Shown here: positions 21,656-31,130 of the stretch, piece after piece | Numbering within the stretch: position 1 is the first letter of the stretch | Layout: each line of letters starts with the position of its first letter | Source: Thermomonas sp. | GTDB taxonomy: Bacteria; Pseudomonadota; Gammaproteobacteria; Xanthomonadales; Xanthomonadaceae | Reading direction: 5' to 3' | Length of the DNA: 64,000 nucleotides | Assembly: GCF_025993755.1 (NCBI RefSeq) | Contig: NZ_JAMQHN010000136.1 | Span: 1,823 to 65,822 of the forward strand | Position numbers and translations under genes: made by a program | Notes under the pieces: generated by a model | The model's input: only the letters and a program-made list of their open reading frames with translations | Database searches by the model: none | Told to the model about the DNA's origin: nothing

Positions 21656-23617
21656 TCAAGGTGAGCAGATGTTGTTGCCGCGATCCGCGTCCGGCAGCTT
21701 GTGTTCGGGATCGAGGGTCAGCGTGGCCACCGGGCGATCGCTGTCGAGGGTGAGGGTGGGCGTTGCGCCGAAGCGCCAGGCTTCCACCGGCACGCGGATG
21801 TCGCGGTGGCCGCCATCGGCGAAGGCGATCCGCAGCGTGGCCGGCATCACCAGTTTCTGGCGGCTGACAAGCTGCACTCGCAGGCCCTTTGCCGGGTCGC
21901 CGTCCACATAGGCGGCGCTTGCGATGCCCATGTCGAGCGGCCAGTTGTTGATGTACCAGCCGCGCCACCACCACGACAGGTCTTCCCCGGCCGCGCTTTC
22001 CATGAAGCGGAAGAAATCCGAGGACGTCGGGTGCTTCCACGACCAGGTCCGGATGTAGGCGCGAAACGCCGGGTCGAAGCGCTCGGGGCCGAGGATCTGC
22101 TCGCGCAGCAGCACCAGGCCGAGCGCGCCCTTGAAGTAGGTGACCGGGTGCCGGTATTTCTCGCTGACGGTGTCGGGCGGCGCCATCAGGGTCGGCGCCT
22201 GCGCGTCGGCCAGCAGCGGCAGGATTTCGTCGACGGGATTGCCGCCGCCGGGCGCATATTCGCCGTCGCGCTTGGGCGCGTACTCGCCGTGGTTGAAGGC
22301 GTCCTGCGCGTAGACGTCGATGAAGGTGTTGAACGCCTCGTCCATGAACGCCTCGCGGCGCTCGTTGGAGCCGACCATCATCGGGAACCAGGTGTGGCCG
22401 ATTTCGTGCGCGGTGATCCAGAACAGGAACTTGCCGCCGTCGTCGAAGCCGTCGAACACGATGCCCGGATACTCCATGCCGGCGCCGTGGCCGCCGAGGT
22501 TGATCGCCACCGGCCACGGGTAGGGCGTCCATGTTTCGGAAAAATGTTCGAGCGCGCCTTTCAGGTATTCGGTGGAGCGGTCCCACTTGTCCGGACCGAC
22601 GCCTTCGACCGGGTACACCGACATCGCCAGCGCCTGTTTTCCCTGCGGCAGGTTGACGCGCGCGGCGTCCCAGACGAAGGCGGGCGAGGCGGCGAAGGCC
22701 ACGTCGCGGGTCGGATTCATGCGGAAGCGCCAGGTCAGGGTGCCGCTGCGGGTGGGCCGCGAGGCCGGGTCGCCGACTTCTTCCGGCTTGCGGATGTAGG
22801 CGGTGGCGTCGCTGGCCCGCGCCGCGGCGAGGCGGCGCTGTTGCTCCGGCGTCAGCACGTCCTGCGGGTTCACCAGTTCGCCGGAACCGGCCACGATCCA
22901 GTCCCACGGCACCGTCACGGCATAGTCGATGCGGCCGTATTCGAGATAGAACTCGGAGCCGAGGTAGGGCAGGGTGTCCCAGCCGCGCAGATCGTCGTAC
23001 ACGGCCATGCGTGGGAACCACTGGGCGATCTCGTAGATGTCGCCGTTCTTCGTCGGCGTGATCGCGGTGCGCCCGCCCCAGGTGCCGGGCACGGTGTAGT
23101 GGTAGCGGACGTGCAGGCGCAGCTGCCCGCCGTGACCGCGCAGTGCGGTCGGCAGATCGATGCGCAAGCGGGTGTCGTCGACGAGATGGGAAACGGGCTT
23201 GCCGTCGATCTCGATGGCATCGAGCTGGTAGCCGTCGGAGGCCATGCCCGGCTTCTTCGGCCACGGCGAGGTCAGCGCGCCGCGCGAGTCTGGGCGATAG
23301 ATGTTCTGGTCGAGCTGCAGCCACAGCGCGTCCAGCGCGTCCGGGCTGTGGTTGGTGTAGGTGATGGTTTCCTCGCCATACAGGGTGCGCGTGGCGGGAT
23401 CGATCCGCGCGTCGATCGCGTAGTCGGCGCGGTTCTGCCAGAACGCCGCGCCGGGACGGCCGGCGCCGTCGCGGATCGAGTTGGCCGGATGGGGCAGCTG
23501 CAGCGGCGCGAACAGCGCCTGCGGGTCGAACGGGCCGGTCGGCTCGACGGCGGTCGCGGGCAGGCAGGCGAACAGCGCAAGCGCCGTCGAGAGGCTGGCG
23601 AAATGGCGCAGGGACAT
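21656..23617 (-). CDS. Secreted M1-family zinc aminopeptidase
   Basis: Signal peptide, FWQNRADY, GAGMEYP (GAMEN-like), HEIGH...MDE zinc motif and YFKG. Confidence 0.92.
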   Translation of the reverse strand: MSLRHFASLSTALALFACLPATAVEPTGPFDPQALFAPLQLPHPANSIRDGAGRPGAAFWQNRADYAIDARIDPATRTLYGEETITYTNHSPDALDALWLQLDQNIYRPDSRGALTSPWPKKPGMASDGYQLDAIEIDGKPVSHLVDDTRLRIDLPTALRGHGGQLRLHVRYHYTVPGTWGGRTAITPTKNGDIYEIAQWFPRMAVYDDLRGWDTLPYLGSEFYLEYGRIDYAVTVPWDWIVAGSGELVNPQDVLTPEQQRRLAAARASDATAYIRKPEEVGDPASRPTRSGTLTWRFRMNPTRDVAFAASPAFVWDAARVNLPQGKQALAMSVYPVEGVGPDKWDRSTEYLKGALEHFSETWTPYPWPVAINLGGHGAGMEYPGIVFDGFDDGGKFLFWITAHEIGHTWFPMMVGSNERREAFMDEAFNTFIDVYAQDAFNHGEYAPKRDGEYAPGGGNPVDEILPLLADAQAPTLMAPPDTVSEKYRHPVTYFKGALGLVLLREQILGPERFDPAFRAYIRTWSWKHPTSSDFFRFMESAAGEDLSWWWRGWYINNWPLDMGIASAAYVDGDPAKGLRVQLVSRQKLVMPATLRIAFADGGHRDIRVPVEAWRFGATPTLTLDSDRPVATLTLDPEHKLPDADRGNNICSP

Positions 23618-23712
23618 GGACGGGCTCTCGCAGGGCCGAAGCGGCATTGTGCGAAAGCCCGGGGGTGGCCGTATCGGCCGGAAGTCACCGTTGGCCGTCG
23701 GGTCGGTCGGCT

Positions 23713-25092
23713 TCAGTCGGGATCGGGCAGCAGCTTGCCCGGATTGAGGATGCCGTCCGGGTCCAGCGCATTCTTGACCGCACGCATCGCGTCCAGCGTG
23801 GCGGCGTCGAAGGCGTCGGCCATGAACGCCTGCTTCGACAGCCCGATCCCGTGTTCGCCGGACAGCGCACCGCCCAGCCGCAGGGCCAGCGCGAACACCC
23901 GGAGCAGGGCGGCACGGGCGCGCGCGGTTTCGTCGGCATCGTCCGGGTGGTAAAGGATGTTGACGTGCAGGTTGCCGTTGCCGGCGTGGCCGAAGCTGAC
24001 GATGGGCAGCGCGAATTCCGCCGCCAACGCCTCCACCCCGGCGACCAGATCGGGGATGCGTGAGACCGGCACCACCACGTCCTCGTTGATCTTGCCCGGC
24101 GCGATCGTGCGCAACGCCGGCGACAGCGCGCGCCGCGCCGCCAACAGCCGGTCGCGGGCGCTGCCGTCCTGCGCCACGTCCATGTCGATCAGGCCATCGC
24201 CCTCGGCGGCGGCCGCCAGCGCGGCGAGGATATCGGGCAGCGCATCAAGGCTGCCGTCGGCCTCCACCAGCAGCATCGCGCCGGCGTCGGGCACGTCGCT
24301 GCCGTTCTGCCGCAGCAGGGCCAGGCTGCGCCGGTCCAGGAACTCCAGCATCGCCGGCACCGCCGGCTGCGCCATCAGCCGCGACACGGCGGCGGCGGCG
24401 CTGGCGGCATCGCGGTAGAAGACGCGCAGGCCGGCCTGCGTCTGCGGAAGCGGGGCGAGTCGCACTGTCGCTTCCACGATCAGCGCCAGCGTGCCTTCGC
24501 TGCCGACGAGCAATCGCGTGAGGTCGAACCCGGAGGAACACTTGGTATAGGCACCGCCGACCCGGATCAACTCGCCCGCGCCGGTGACGGCCACCAGCCC
24601 CAACACATTGTCGCGGGTGGCGCCGTATTTCACCGCGCGCGGGCCGCCGGCATTGGTGGCCAGGTTGCCGCCCACGGTGCAATTTTCGAAACTGGACGGG
24701 TCTGGTGGCCAGAACAGCCCGTGTGCCTGCAGCGCGGCCTGCAGATCGCCATTGCGAACGCCCGGCTCCACCACCGCGCAGCGGTCCGCGGGGCGGATGG
24801 CGAGGATGCGGTGCATGCGTGCGAACGACACGACGATCCCGCCCGCCGTCGGCACTGCGGCGCCGGTGGTGGCGGTGCCGGCGCCGCGCGCGGTCAGCGG
24901 CACGCGATGGCGGCGACAGGCGTGGACGATGGCGACCACCTGTTCGCGGCTCTGCGGCAGCACCACCGCGTCGGGCAGCGCCACGCGGCGTGAATCGTCG
25001 CTGGCGTGGGCCTGGCGCGTGGCGGCATCCACCCGCCAGCCGCCGCCCAGCAGACTCGACAGTTCAGCGACGAAAGCTGCGGGCATCGGCAT
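23713..25092 (-). CDS. FAD-linked oxidase, GlcD/D-lactate dehydrogenase-like
   Basis: RGAGTATTG, PPDPSS, NAGGPRAVKYG, FGHAGNGNLH and SGEHGIG...LDPDGILNPGK; start could be TTG 25101. Confidence 0.92.
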   Translation of the reverse strand: MPMPAAFVAELSSLLGGGWRVDAATRQAHASDDSRRVALPDAVVLPQSREQVVAIVHACRRHRVPLTARGAGTATTGAAVPTAGGIVVSFARMHRILAIRPADRCAVVEPGVRNGDLQAALQAHGLFWPPDPSSFENCTVGGNLATNAGGPRAVKYGATRDNVLGLVAVTGAGELIRVGGAYTKCSSGFDLTRLLVGSEGTLALIVEATVRLAPLPQTQAGLRVFYRDAASAAAAVSRLMAQPAVPAMLEFLDRRSLALLRQNGSDVPDAGAMLLVEADGSLDALPDILAALAAAAEGDGLIDMDVAQDGSARDRLLAARRALSPALRTIAPGKINEDVVVPVSRIPDLVAGVEALAAEFALPIVSFGHAGNGNLHVNILYHPDDADETARARAALLRVFALALRLGGALSGEHGIGLSKQAFMADAFDAATLDAMRAVKNALDPDGILNPGKLLPDPD

Positions 25093-25097
25093 CGACG

Positions 25098-25481
25098 TCA
25101 ACACTCGTCGGCGCGGAAGGCGTCGCGCAACCATTCCATGCGGGGCGCGTGCGGGTCGCCGCAGGCGGCGATCACGTCGAAACGGCAGGGGGCATCGGCC
25201 AGGCGCGGGTTGCGGGCCAGATACAGCTGCGCGGCACGCACCAGCTTGCGGCGCTTGCCGCGATCCACCGAGGCCGGGGCGCCTCCGAAGGCGAGGTCGG
25301 AACGGTAGCGCACTTCGACGAACACCAGGCTGGCGCCGTCTTGCATCACCAGGTCCAGTTCACCGCCACGGGCACGGGCGTTGCGCGCCAGCAGGCGCAG
25401 GCCTTGCGCCTGCAGGAAGGCCAGCGCGGCATCTTCGCTGGCCGCGCCGCGGGCGCGGCGATCGGGCTCAACGGGCGTCAT
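25098..25481 (-). CDS. yraN: YraN/UPF0102 family nuclease-fold protein
   Basis: [16 protein letters not shown] and CRFDVIA. Confidence 0.93.
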   Translation of the reverse strand: MTPVEPDRRARGAASEDAALAFLQAQGLRLLARNARARGGELDLVMQDGASLVFVEVRYRSDLAFGGAPASVDRGKRRKLVRAAQLYLARNPRLADAPCRFDVIAACGDPHAPRMEWLRDAFRADEC

Positions 25482-26814
25482 CGCCCAGCGGAACCGGGAC
25501 GCCGCCCTGGATGCGCGACCAGCTCGGCCGCCGCAGCACGTTGCCGAAACCGTCCAGGCTCAGGCGTCCGGTGGCGCCTGCGATCCGCGCGTTCGGATCC
25601 AGCGCCAGCTGCTCCAGATGACCGGTCAACAGCCAGGCGTCGAAGCCGAAGGCGAACAGGCGCGCTGCGGGGCCCTTGGCGGTCCTGGACTGGGCCGCGG
25701 CGCTGGATTGCGAAGGCAGGCCGGGAACGCGCTCGATCAACCAGGTCTCGGTGGGGAAGACGATGCCGTCCAGCGCCGCGTCTTCGTCCGGCTTGCCGGT
25801 GCCGGACGTGATCTGCGAGCCGGCCAGCCGCAGCAGGCCGGACAATCCCGCTGCCGCCAGCTGGGGCGCCAGCGTGCGCGCCTGCGGCCCCTTCAAGACC
25901 ATCAACACGGCATCGGGTTTGGCGACGGACTGGGCTTGTGCGCGCAGCGCATCGGTCATCTGCGACGCGTAGCCGAGGCTGGCGGCGATGTGGATGCCGC
26001 GGCGTTGCAGAGCGGTTCGCGCCGCATCCGCCGTGCGCTTCTGCGTATCGTCGCCGCCGGCGATCAACAGGACCGAACGGCTGCCGCGATCGATCAGCGC
26101 CTGCGCGAGGCTGACGCCCTCGTCTTCGGGCGACAGCGAGAACGCAGCGCTGCCCGAAGGCGGCGTCGTGCTGCCGCGATTGAGGGCGAGCACGGGAATG
26201 TCCGCAGCCTCGTCGCCAAAAATCGCGTCCACGTCTTCCTTGACCAGAGGGCCGACCAGCAGGTCGTTGCCGTCCGCGGCCGCGCGCGCGTAGGCCGCCC
26301 GGTAGCCGGCGCCGGTGTCGTAGAAGCGCAGGGTCGGACGGCGGCGGGATTCGCCGTAGTAGCCGGTCAGGTAGCCGTCGCGAACCGATGCGGCGGCGGT
26401 GGCCTGACTGCCGGAGAGCGGAAGCAGGATGCCGACCCGCAGCGGCGGGCGGTAGCCGTCGCGGTCGGCGGGCGGACGCGACGCGCTGCCGAACGACACG
26501 TCGCCGCGGTCGAACGCGCGCGGCAGCGGCAGGCCGCGGCGCTGCAGTGCACGGCCGGCGAAGTTGTAGAGCGGGTCGCCGGCCGGCAGCCGGGCGGCGT
26601 CGCGGGCCAGCGTGGCGTTGTCGATTGCGGCCAGCAGACGGTCGATGGCGGCGGCATTGTCGCGCCTGGCCTGGCCGCTCAGGCCGGCATGCCCGAGAGC
26701 CAGCGATCGCGCCTGGCTGAACGCACTGTCGTAGGCGGCCACCGGTGCGTGGGATACCGAAACTTCGGCGCAGCCTGTCAGGGTCAGCGCCAGAACGAGG
26801 AAAAGCGATCGCAT
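25468..26814 (-). CDS. LppC/LpoA-like penicillin-binding protein activator lipoprotein
   Basis: Lipobox [29 protein letters not shown] and GATGRL; divergent from rsmI and upstream of yraN as for lpoA. Confidence 0.88.
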   Translation of the reverse strand: MRSLFLVLALTLTGCAEVSVSHAPVAAYDSAFSQARSLALGHAGLSGQARRDNAAAIDRLLAAIDNATLARDAARLPAGDPLYNFAGRALQRRGLPLPRAFDRGDVSFGSASRPPADRDGYRPPLRVGILLPLSGSQATAAASVRDGYLTGYYGESRRRPTLRFYDTGAGYRAAYARAAADGNDLLVGPLVKEDVDAIFGDEAADIPVLALNRGSTTPPSGSAAFSLSPEDEGVSLAQALIDRGSRSVLLIAGGDDTQKRTADAARTALQRRGIHIAASLGYASQMTDALRAQAQSVAKPDAVLMVLKGPQARTLAPQLAAAGLSGLLRLAGSQITSGTGKPDEDAALDGIVFPTETWLIERVPGLPSQSSAAAQSRTAKGPAARLFAFGFDAWLLTGHLEQLALDPNARIAGATGRLSLDGFGNVLRRPSWSRIQGGVPVPLGDDAR

Positions 26815-26883
26815 GGAAAACACGGCCTGGGTCGCCTGTCGATAGACTTGGACGGGATTCTAACCGGGTGGGCGCAGACAGGC

Positions 26884-27708
26884 ATGGACGAACCGGGAAC
26901 GCTGTACGTGGTCGCCACGCCGATCGGCAACCTGGGCGATATCGGCGCGCGCGCCCTGGACACCCTGCGCCAGGCCGCCGCGATCTGCGCCGAGGACACC
27001 CGCCGCAGCGGCCAGCTGTTGTCGCACTTCGGCATCCGGACGCCCTTGCTGGCGCTGCATGAGTACAACGAAGATGCGATCGCGCAGAAAATCGTCGTCC
27101 GGCTGTTGTCCGGCGAATCGCTGGCGCTGGTGTCCGATGCCGGCACGCCGCTGGTCTCCGATCCCGGCTACCGACTGGTGCGTGCAGCGCGGTCCGCCGG
27201 GGTCAAGGTCAGCCCGGTGCCGGGGCCCAGCGCCTTGATCGCCGCGCTCAGCGTGGCCGGTTTGCCCAGCGATCGCTTTGCCTTCGAGGGCTTCCTGCCG
27301 GCCAAGGCCAGCGCGCGCCGCGATCGGCTGCAGGCGCTTGCCGGCGATCCGCGCACGCTGATTTTCTACGAGGCATCGCACCGCATCGACGAAACCCTGG
27401 GCGACATGGCGGCGGAACTGGGCGGGGATCGGCCGGCGGCGCTGGCGCGCGAGCTGACCAAATTGTTCGAAACCGTTCTGGACGGCACGTTGGCCGAACT
27501 GTCGGCACGCGTGCGGTCCGATCCCGACCAGCGCAAGGGTGAGTTCGTGGTGCTGGTGCAGGGCGCGGGCGAGGATGCCGACGCCAAGGTGGCTGAAGGC
27601 CGCCGCCTGTACGCGAAACTCAAGGAGCACCTGCCGCCCTCGACGGCGGCGAAGCTGGCGGCGGAACTCTCCGGCGCTCCGCGCAAGGCTCTGTACGGAT
27701 CGGAGTAA
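26884..27708 (+). CDS. rsmI: 16S rRNA C1402 2'-O-methyltransferase RsmI
   Basis: LYVVATPIGNL, AEDTR, SDAGTPLVSDPG and ARELTKLFE. Confidence 0.97.
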   Translation: MDEPGTLYVVATPIGNLGDIGARALDTLRQAAAICAEDTRRSGQLLSHFGIRTPLLALHEYNEDAIAQKIVVRLLSGESLALVSDAGTPLVSDPGYRLVRAARSAGVKVSPVPGPSALIAALSVAGLPSDRFAFEGFLPAKASARRDRLQALAGDPRTLIFYEASHRIDETLGDMAAELGGDRPAALARELTKLFETVLDGTLAELSARVRSDPDQRKGEFVVLVQGAGEDADAKVAEGRRLYAKLKEHLPPSTAAKLAAELSGAPRKALYGSE

Positions 27709-27727
27709 GGATGTTTCGATCCTGCTT

Positions 27728-27827
27728 GTCACTCCCGCGAAGGCGGGCGTCGTTTCGTAGATGAATGTCTGCGTGTCCTTGATTGTGACGGTTGAACGCA
27801 CTGGATGCCCGCCTTCGCGGGCATGAC
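27728..27827. repeat. REP-like inverted doublet (GTCANNCCCGCGAAGGCGGG family)
   Basis: GTCACTCCCGCGAAGGCGGGCGTC (27728-27751) matches the reverse complement of 27804-27827, GTCATGCCCGCGAAGGCGGGCATC, at 21/24. Confidence 0.85.
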
Positions 27828-27867
27828 GGGAGTTGTTCAGAGGTTTCCGGGCTGTTTGGATTGCCAT

Positions 27868-27917
27868 AGCCCCCTTTGGTAAAGGGGGCGCGCCGACAGG
27901 CGCGGGGATTCGGAAGG
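27868..27917. repeat. Dispersed palindromic repeat (CCCCCTTT-GGT-AAAGGGGG family), copy 1
   Basis: Reverse complement CCTTCCGAATCCCCGCGCCTGTCGGCGCGCCCCCTTTACCAAAGGGGGCT closely matches 50912-50960. Confidence 0.8.
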
Positions 27918-27930
27918 CAAGGGCCCGGGG

Positions 27931-27985
27931 CCCAAAGTTTGCTGCGCAAACTTTGGGAACTTTTCCGCCTGCAGGCGGAAAAGTT
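27931..27985 (-). terminator. Two tandem hairpins directly 3' of rnpB (terminator or processing region)
   Basis: CCCAAAGTTTGC-TGC-GCAAACTTTGGG (27931-27957) and the perfect 28-bp palindrome AACTTTTCCGCCTGCAGGCGGAAAAGTT (27958-27985). Confidence 0.6.
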
Positions 27986-28338
27986 GGCGGAGCCGGCCGA
28001 TAAGCCGGGTTCTGTCGTGGACAGTCATTCCTCTGGGCGCAGGGTCACCCCTACGCTCGAGCAACCTACCCGGAGGCTCTGCGGGTCGCATCACCGCCTC
28101 CCTATTTGGTCTTGCTCCCGGTGGGGTTTGCCGTGCCGGTCCGTTGCCGGACTCGCGGTGCGCTCTTACCGCACCATTTCACCCTTGCCCGCATCCCGAA
28201 GGACCGCTGGCGGTATCTTTCTGTTGCACTGTCCGTCGGCTCGCGCCGCCCAGGCGTTACCTGGCACCGTACCCTGTGGAGCCCGGACTTTCCTCGACAC
28301 CGGTTGCCCGATGCCGCGACTGTCTGGCCGACTCCGCC
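27986..28338 (-). ncRNA. rnpB: RNase P RNA, class A
   Basis: Minus strand reads GGCGGAGTCGGCCAGACAGTCGC...GAGGAAAGTCCGGGCTCC...GAGCAAGACCAAATAGG...ACAGAACCCGGCTTATCGGCCGGCTCCGCC; P1 ends pair; -10 TACAAT at 28350-28345. Confidence 0.98.
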
Positions 28339-28362
28339 GCCGCCATTGTACGTGCGGAAACT

Positions 28363-29124
28363 TCAACCGTGGCTTTCCAGCGTGGTTTCTCCGAGGAAGG
28401 CGCCCCCCGGCCCGAAGCGGCGTTCGATGATCGTGCCGCGACCGTTCTGGTCGACCAGCACCAGCGTGCTGGCGCGGGTGCCATAGGTTTCGCCACGCAC
28501 GAAGGCCGACGACAGGTGGCGCTCCATGGCCAGCGGGATGCCCGTCCGCGGCAGTGAATCGTCGGGTGCGATACGGGTGTCTGCCAGCGCAGCCCACAGC
28601 GGGTCCAGCGCCGTGCTTCCGGATTCGGCCCAGTCCTGCAGCACGGCTTGCAGCTGCCGGGTCTTGGGCCAGGGCGCGTCGAACGGGCCATTGGACAGGG
28701 CGTGGACGCCCGGCGCGACCTCGCGGGCTGCCTGCAACGGATGGTTGCCGACGTAGGCGCAGCGATCGGCATCGGCCAGCACCAGGTTGAAGGGTGCGTA
28801 CTGCGCGGCGCGGTGCGCGATGCCGCTGGCGCAATCGGGGGCGCTGGCCCCGCCGGTCAGGAACCGGGAGGGCAGGTCGCCGCGCGAGGGTCCGTCGAAA
28901 GTTGCCGGAGGGCCGTCGCGCACGTTGGTGACGACGGCGACACGCCCGTCCGGCCCGAGGCCCATCCAGGTCCCGCCCGAACGCAGGTCGCGGCCTGCCA
29001 GCACCGGGACATCCGCCCAGGCGGCCAGCGCGGCGGTCGGCCGTTCGTGCATTTCGTCGCGGTTGCCGGCCATGACCAGACGCCAGAGCGGGTGGATTTT
29101 CCAGGCAAAGCCGACCAGGCACAT
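28363..29124 (-). CDS. NRDE (TANGO2) family protein
   Basis: MCL...GNRDE, GRDLRSGGTW, VTNVR, LSNG and YGTRASTLV. Confidence 0.94.
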   Translation of the reverse strand: MCLVGFAWKIHPLWRLVMAGNRDEMHERPTAALAAWADVPVLAGRDLRSGGTWMGLGPDGRVAVVTNVRDGPPATFDGPSRGDLPSRFLTGGASAPDCASGIAHRAAQYAPFNLVLADADRCAYVGNHPLQAAREVAPGVHALSNGPFDAPWPKTRQLQAVLQDWAESGSTALDPLWAALADTRIAPDDSLPRTGIPLAMERHLSSAFVRGETYGTRASTLVLVDQNGRGTIIERRFGPGGAFLGETTLESHG

Positions 29125-29255
29125 GGCCGGATTGTGGCGCATTCCTCTGATTGGCGATTTGTGCGATGCAGCATCCACCGGAAAGTCGGATATTCCCGAC
29201 ATGCGCCGATGTGGAGAAAAACCGCAATCTCAAAATTTGAGATCAAACATCGGGT

Positions 29256-29264
29256 TGTGGATAA
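29256..29264 (-). promoter_or_regulatory. DnaA box (perfect consensus)
   Basis: TGTGGATAA = reverse complement of TTATCCACA; a one-mismatch copy TGTGGAGAA lies at 29210-29218. Confidence 0.65.
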
Positions 29265-29333
29265 CTCTTGAGTAATTTCTTGAAGTTTGACGCAAGTCCT
29301 TGACCGGACAATGAAAAATTCTTGCAAAAGGTG

Positions 29334-29362
29334 TTGACAGAGATGTGGACGCTGCCTAATGT
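29334..29362 (+). promoter_or_regulatory. Sigma70 promoter of the dcw (mraZ) operon
   Basis: TTGACA (29334-29339), 17-bp spacer, TAATGT (29357-29362). Confidence 0.8.
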
Positions 29363-29394
29363 GGCGAAACGTGGGAAAACCGGGAAATTTGTGG
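29361..29394 (+). promoter_or_regulatory. MraZ-binding direct repeats
   Basis: GTGG at 29361, 29371 and 29391, with CGGG at 29381: exact 10-bp period overlapping the -10/+1. Confidence 0.8.
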
Positions 29395-29437
29395 TTTTCT
29401 GCTGCGAATTTTGCATGTTCCGGGGTGCCGAGGCCAG

Positions 29438-29884
29438 ATGTTCCAGGGTGAGACCGTCATCAGCGTTGACGACAAGGGCCGATTGGCGATTCCGACCGCC
29501 TATCGTGACCTGATCGCGCACGAGTGCGGCAACCGCCTGGTGCTGACCTACAGCCCGTTCGATGCCGGCTGCCTGTACCTGTACCCGCAGTCGGTGTGGG
29601 AGAAGGTGCGCGATCAGGTCAACGCGTTGCCGCGGATCCGCCAGGACAGCCGACTGCTGCAGCGCAAACTGGTGGGTGCGGCGGCCTTCGTCGAGCCGGA
29701 TGGCAATGGCCGCATCTCCTTGCCAGCCAGCCAGCGCGCGGCCACCGGCATCGACCGCAAGGCGGTGCTGCTGGGCATGGGCGACAAGTTCGAGTTGTGG
29801 GGCGAGCAGGCACACCACGGCCAAGTGCAGCTGACCTTCGGGGATGGCGACCTGGGCGAACACCTGCTGGGCCTGGAGTTGTGA
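29438..29884 (+). CDS. mraZ: Division/cell wall cluster repressor MraZ
   Basis: [20 protein letters not shown] and GMGDKFELW. Confidence 0.96.
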   Translation: MFQGETVISVDDKGRLAIPTAYRDLIAHECGNRLVLTYSPFDAGCLYLYPQSVWEKVRDQVNALPRIRQDSRLLQRKLVGAAAFVEPDGNGRISLPASQRAATGIDRKAVLLGMGDKFELWGEQAHHGQVQLTFGDGDLGEHLLGLEL

Positions 29885-30867
29885 GCGGCGGTGGCGCGGA
29901 CGCCGCGTCCGCCCACCTGCCGGTGATGTTGGCCGAAGTCATGGACGGTCTGGCGGTGAAACGGGACGGAACCTATCTGGACGGCACCTTCGGGCGCGGT
30001 GGGCACGCCCGGAAGATTCTGCAACAGCTTGGGCCGGAGGGGCGGTTGTTGGCGATGGACAAGGATCCGGACGCGATCGCGGTGGCGGCCAGCCTCGCCG
30101 AAGGCGAACCGCGGCTGACCCTGCGTCGCGGCAGCTTCGCCGACCTGGCCGGCTGGTCGCCGGCGCAGGCGGGGCTGGATGGCGTCCTGTTCGATCTCGG
30201 CGTCTCCTCGCCGCAGCTGGACGTGGCCGAGCGCGGATTTTCCTTCGCCAAGGATGGCCCGCTCGACATGCGCATGGATCCCGAGTCCGGCGAAAGCGCC
30301 GCGCAATGGCTGGCGCGCGCGGACGAGCGGGAGATTGCCGACGTGCTTTGGCGCCATGGCGAGGAGCGCCAGAGCCGGCGGATCGCGCGGGCGATCGTGG
30401 CGCGCCGCCAGGAGCAGCCGCTGCAGCGCACCGCCCAGCTGGCGGCGCTGATCGCGTCCGTGCTTCCTCGCGGCGGGTCGAAGATTCATCCGGCGACCCG
30501 CAGCTTCCAGGCCATCCGCATTCACGTCAACCGCGAGCTGGCCGATCTGGAGGTCGGGCTCGACGCCGCGCTGTCCTGCCTGAAGCCGGGTGGACGGATG
30601 GCGGTGATCAGCTTCCACTCGCTGGAAGACCGCATCGTCAAGCAGTTCATGGCGCGGCACGCCAAGGCACCGCCGGCCGACCGCCGGCGCCCCGCCGTGG
30701 AGAATTTCGTTCCATCCCTGCGTCTGGTCGGTGGCGCGACCAAGGCCGGCGAGGCCGAGCTGTCCGCCAACCCCCGCGCCCGCAGCGCGGTGCTGCGGGT
30801 GGCCGAGAAGTTGGCGGCGGTCGAGCCGTCTTCCCGCCGCCCGCCCGGCGCGGAGCGGCGGCCGTGA
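29881..30867 (+). CDS. rsmH: 16S rRNA m4C1402 methyltransferase RsmH
   Basis: [34 protein letters not shown] and [10 protein letters not shown]. Confidence 0.97.
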   Translation: MSGGGADAASAHLPVMLAEVMDGLAVKRDGTYLDGTFGRGGHARKILQQLGPEGRLLAMDKDPDAIAVAASLAEGEPRLTLRRGSFADLAGWSPAQAGLDGVLFDLGVSSPQLDVAERGFSFAKDGPLDMRMDPESGESAAQWLARADEREIADVLWRHGEERQSRRIARAIVARRQEQPLQRTAQLAALIASVLPRGGSKIHPATRSFQAIRIHVNRELADLEVGLDAALSCLKPGGRMAVISFHSLEDRIVKQFMARHAKAPPADRRRPAVENFVPSLRLVGGATKAGEAELSANPRARSAVLRVAEKLAAVEPSSRRPPGAERRP

Positions 30868-31130
30868 TCCGGGGCTTCCTCATCGCCGTGCTGCTGCTGG
30901 CCAACGTCGCCACCGCGCTGCTGGTCGTCCGCGATCGTCACGAGCACCGGCAGGCGTTCATTGTGCTGACCCGGCTGGAGAAGGCGCGCGACGAGTTGAA
31001 CATCGAGTTCGGCCGTCTCCAGATCGAGCAGGCGACCTGGGCGGAAAGCGGTCGCATCAACCAGATGGCGACCACGCGGCTGGGCATGGTGTTCCCGCGC
31101 ACCGAAGACATCGAGGTGCTGCGCCGATGA
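30864..31130 (+). CDS. ftsL: Cell division protein FtsL
   Basis: Single TM plus leucine zipper ([13 protein letters not shown]); dcw order. Confidence 0.92.
   Translation: MIRGFLIAVLLLANVATALLVVRDRHEHRQAFIVLTRLEKARDELNIEFGRLQIEQATWAESGRINQMATTRLGMVFPRTEDIEVLRR

Noticed and set aside
20466..23324. 952-aa ORF and other long overlapping ORFs (e.g. 13237-15867, 33126-34439, 34368-36878)
   Set aside because: Shadow frames expected at high GC, overlapping well-supported genes and without recognisable motifs.
27709..27985. CRISPR array or IS ends in the repeat-rich gaps
   Set aside because: No regularly spaced direct repeats with unique spacers, and no cas or transposase gene in the window.
27876..28557. 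ORFs overlapping 27.9-28.5 kb
   Set aside because: They lie over rnpB and repeats; spurious.
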